NCBI GenBank assembly: GCA_052279835.1
Contig: CP181291.1
Span: 96,001-160,000 of the forward strand
Reading direction: 5' to 3'
Length of the DNA stretch: 64,000 bases
From: Microcoleus sp.
Lineage (GTDB): Bacteria > Cyanobacteriota > Cyanobacteriia > Cyanobacteriales > Microcoleaceae
Positions 62,676 through 64,000 of the stretch are shown here, piece by piece. The notes beneath the pieces were generated by a model. The model made no database searches and was not told the origin of the DNA. It saw only the letters and a program-made list of their open reading frames with translations. Positions within the stretch are counted from its first letter, which is position 1, and every line of letters begins with the position of its first letter. The position numbers and the translations under genes are program-made.

Positions 62676-63555
62676 TTAGATTTTACTTTTGACTTTACCC
62701 AGTTCCGGCATCAGCCCGCCAGAGCCATTAGCCTCGCTGTGTTGCTGTTTCTGAGACAAGCTGCGGCGGGCGGCTTCTACAAACTGACTGACGCGAATTG
62801 GATCGATGGGATTATCGATGCGCCCGTTTCGTTTCAAGGAACTAGAGACGATGACGCCATCAGCAGCTTGCATGAGTGTGGAAATGTTTTCCCAGGAGGC
62901 ACCGCTACCGATGAAAACTGGAATTCCGGCTGCTGCTAAACTGGCCATTTCTAATTCTTCGAGATTAGGAGGGCTACCAGTCCCTAGGCCCGGAGAGGAT
63001 TACCGCGTCTGCTAAGGCGCGTCCGATCGTCTCTTGGATGGCTGTGGTCAAGTTAGGGCTACCAAGGGGTTGCCCGTGCTTGACTAACACGTCTGCTAAT
63101 ATTTTGACATCGCTACCCAATTCCCGTCGGTAGCGCAGTAGCTGGTGAGCTTGACCTTCGATTAAGCCTTGGTCTGTAGCCATCGTGCCGTTGAGGACGT
63201 TGACGCGGATGAATTGAGCTCCCGTACAGGAGGCGATGGCGATCGCGCTGTGGGCATCGTTTCGCAGCACATTGATGCCGATGGGCAATGTCACCAGATT
63301 GGTTAGTCTCTCGACGATCAGCGTCATGGCACTCACCACGGCTGGATCTACACTATTTTTGGCAAAAGGAGCATCGAAAAAGTTCTCGACTATGATACCG
63401 TTTGCGCCGCCAGAAGCCAGTGCTGTAGCCTCTTGTTCGGCTCTCCCGATAATTGCTTTGAGATTCCCACCCCAGCGGGGGGAAGTTGGTAGAGGCTGTA
63501 AATGTACGACACCGATTATGGGATTCGGCGTTTTGAATATTTGTTTTAAGTCCAC
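62676..63555 (-). pseudogene. btpA: Photosystem I biogenesis protein BtpA, split by a +1 frameshift at about 62989-62991 (likely sequencing error)
   Basis: IGVVHLQPLP, ENFFDAPF, GINVLRND, LADVLVKH, then VFIGSGA..ADGVIVSSSLK. Removing one base gives ILSGLGTGSPP. Confidence 0.88.
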
Positions 63556-63721
63556 GGGCTTTCCTGAAACCACCAAGTTGACGCTACGGCTGACGGCGGA
63601 TTTTGACGGCATATTTTAGAATTCTATATCCACAAGGGCGATCGAATGACTCGAAATCTGGTTATATCTGTAGAGCCGTCTGGCGATCGGCGGCTTTTGG
63701 TGGTCGATCGAGGTTAAAAAT

Positions 63722-64000
63722 GTGAAAGTAGCTCTGATTATTTTGGCTGTCACCGCAGGATTGTTGTTAGCAATAGAAGTGCTGCTGCGGGTACTTCTGG
63801 GTTTTGGCAATGCTTTGATTTACATTCCCGATGCGGAGTGTGGGTATTTGCTCGCTCCCAACCAGAGGGTGCGTCGCTGGGGAAACCGGATTGAGATTAA
63901 CGAGTATTCCATGCGTACAGGTGCCATCGCCCCACTGCCGGCTTCAGACACTCTGCGAGTTTTATTGTTAGGAGATTCTGTCGCTAACGGTGGCTGGTGG
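63722..64000 (+). CDS. SGNH/GDSL hydrolase family protein (3' end runs off the window)
   Basis: GTG start, N-terminal TM segment, GYLLAPNQ..INEYSMR, block I LLLGDSVANGG at the window edge. Confidence 0.75.
   Translation, partial: MKVALIILAVTAGLLLAIEVLLRVLLGFGNALIYIPDAECGYLLAPNQRVRRWGNRIEINEYSMRTGAIAPLPASDTLRVLLLGDSVANGGWW

Overview
This is a 64-kb chromosomal segment of a filamentous cyanobacterium, most likely Oscillatoriales (Microcoleus/Tychonema-like). The assignment is inferred from abundant HIP1 (GCGATCGC/CGATCG), heptameric tandem repeats, and cyanophycin and photosystem genes. The backbone is housekeeping genes: clpP, ftsH, cobG-cobH-cobI under a cobalamin riboswitch, cbiET, cphBA, trmD, ispF, an OppA-like protein, larB, hli, psbP, maf, eno, argC, cysA, hisF, an FHA-adenylate cyclase, psbU, nadB, VKOR and btpA. 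Accessory genes include toxin-antitoxin pairs, an MmeI-like type IIL restriction-modification enzyme, a giant DUF4347/Calx-beta/RTX adhesin, an LRR-Roc-COR protein and several MITE/REP-like repeats. Highlights: (1) a chromosomal ParM-like actin plus ParR-like partner with a C-terminal amphipathic helix; (2) a perfect 49-bp palindrome inside the adhesin 5' end whose single central base decides TAA (stop) versus TTA (Leu), a candidate inversion switch; (3) a small secreted-type peptide ending ...PNGNPKSDGTGTR next to a CHASE2-PAS-GGDEF receptor; (4) an 8x83-bp hairpin array with two loop alleles upstream of the Roco gene; (5) an AT-rich, apparently swapped specificity segment in the MmeI-like gene. 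Four conserved genes (cobH, cphA, CHASE2-GGDEF, btpA) each carry one extra base in a short G/C run, probably sequencing errors. No rRNA, tRNA, CRISPR array or intact transposase was seen. All calls come from manual reading; no database searches were run.
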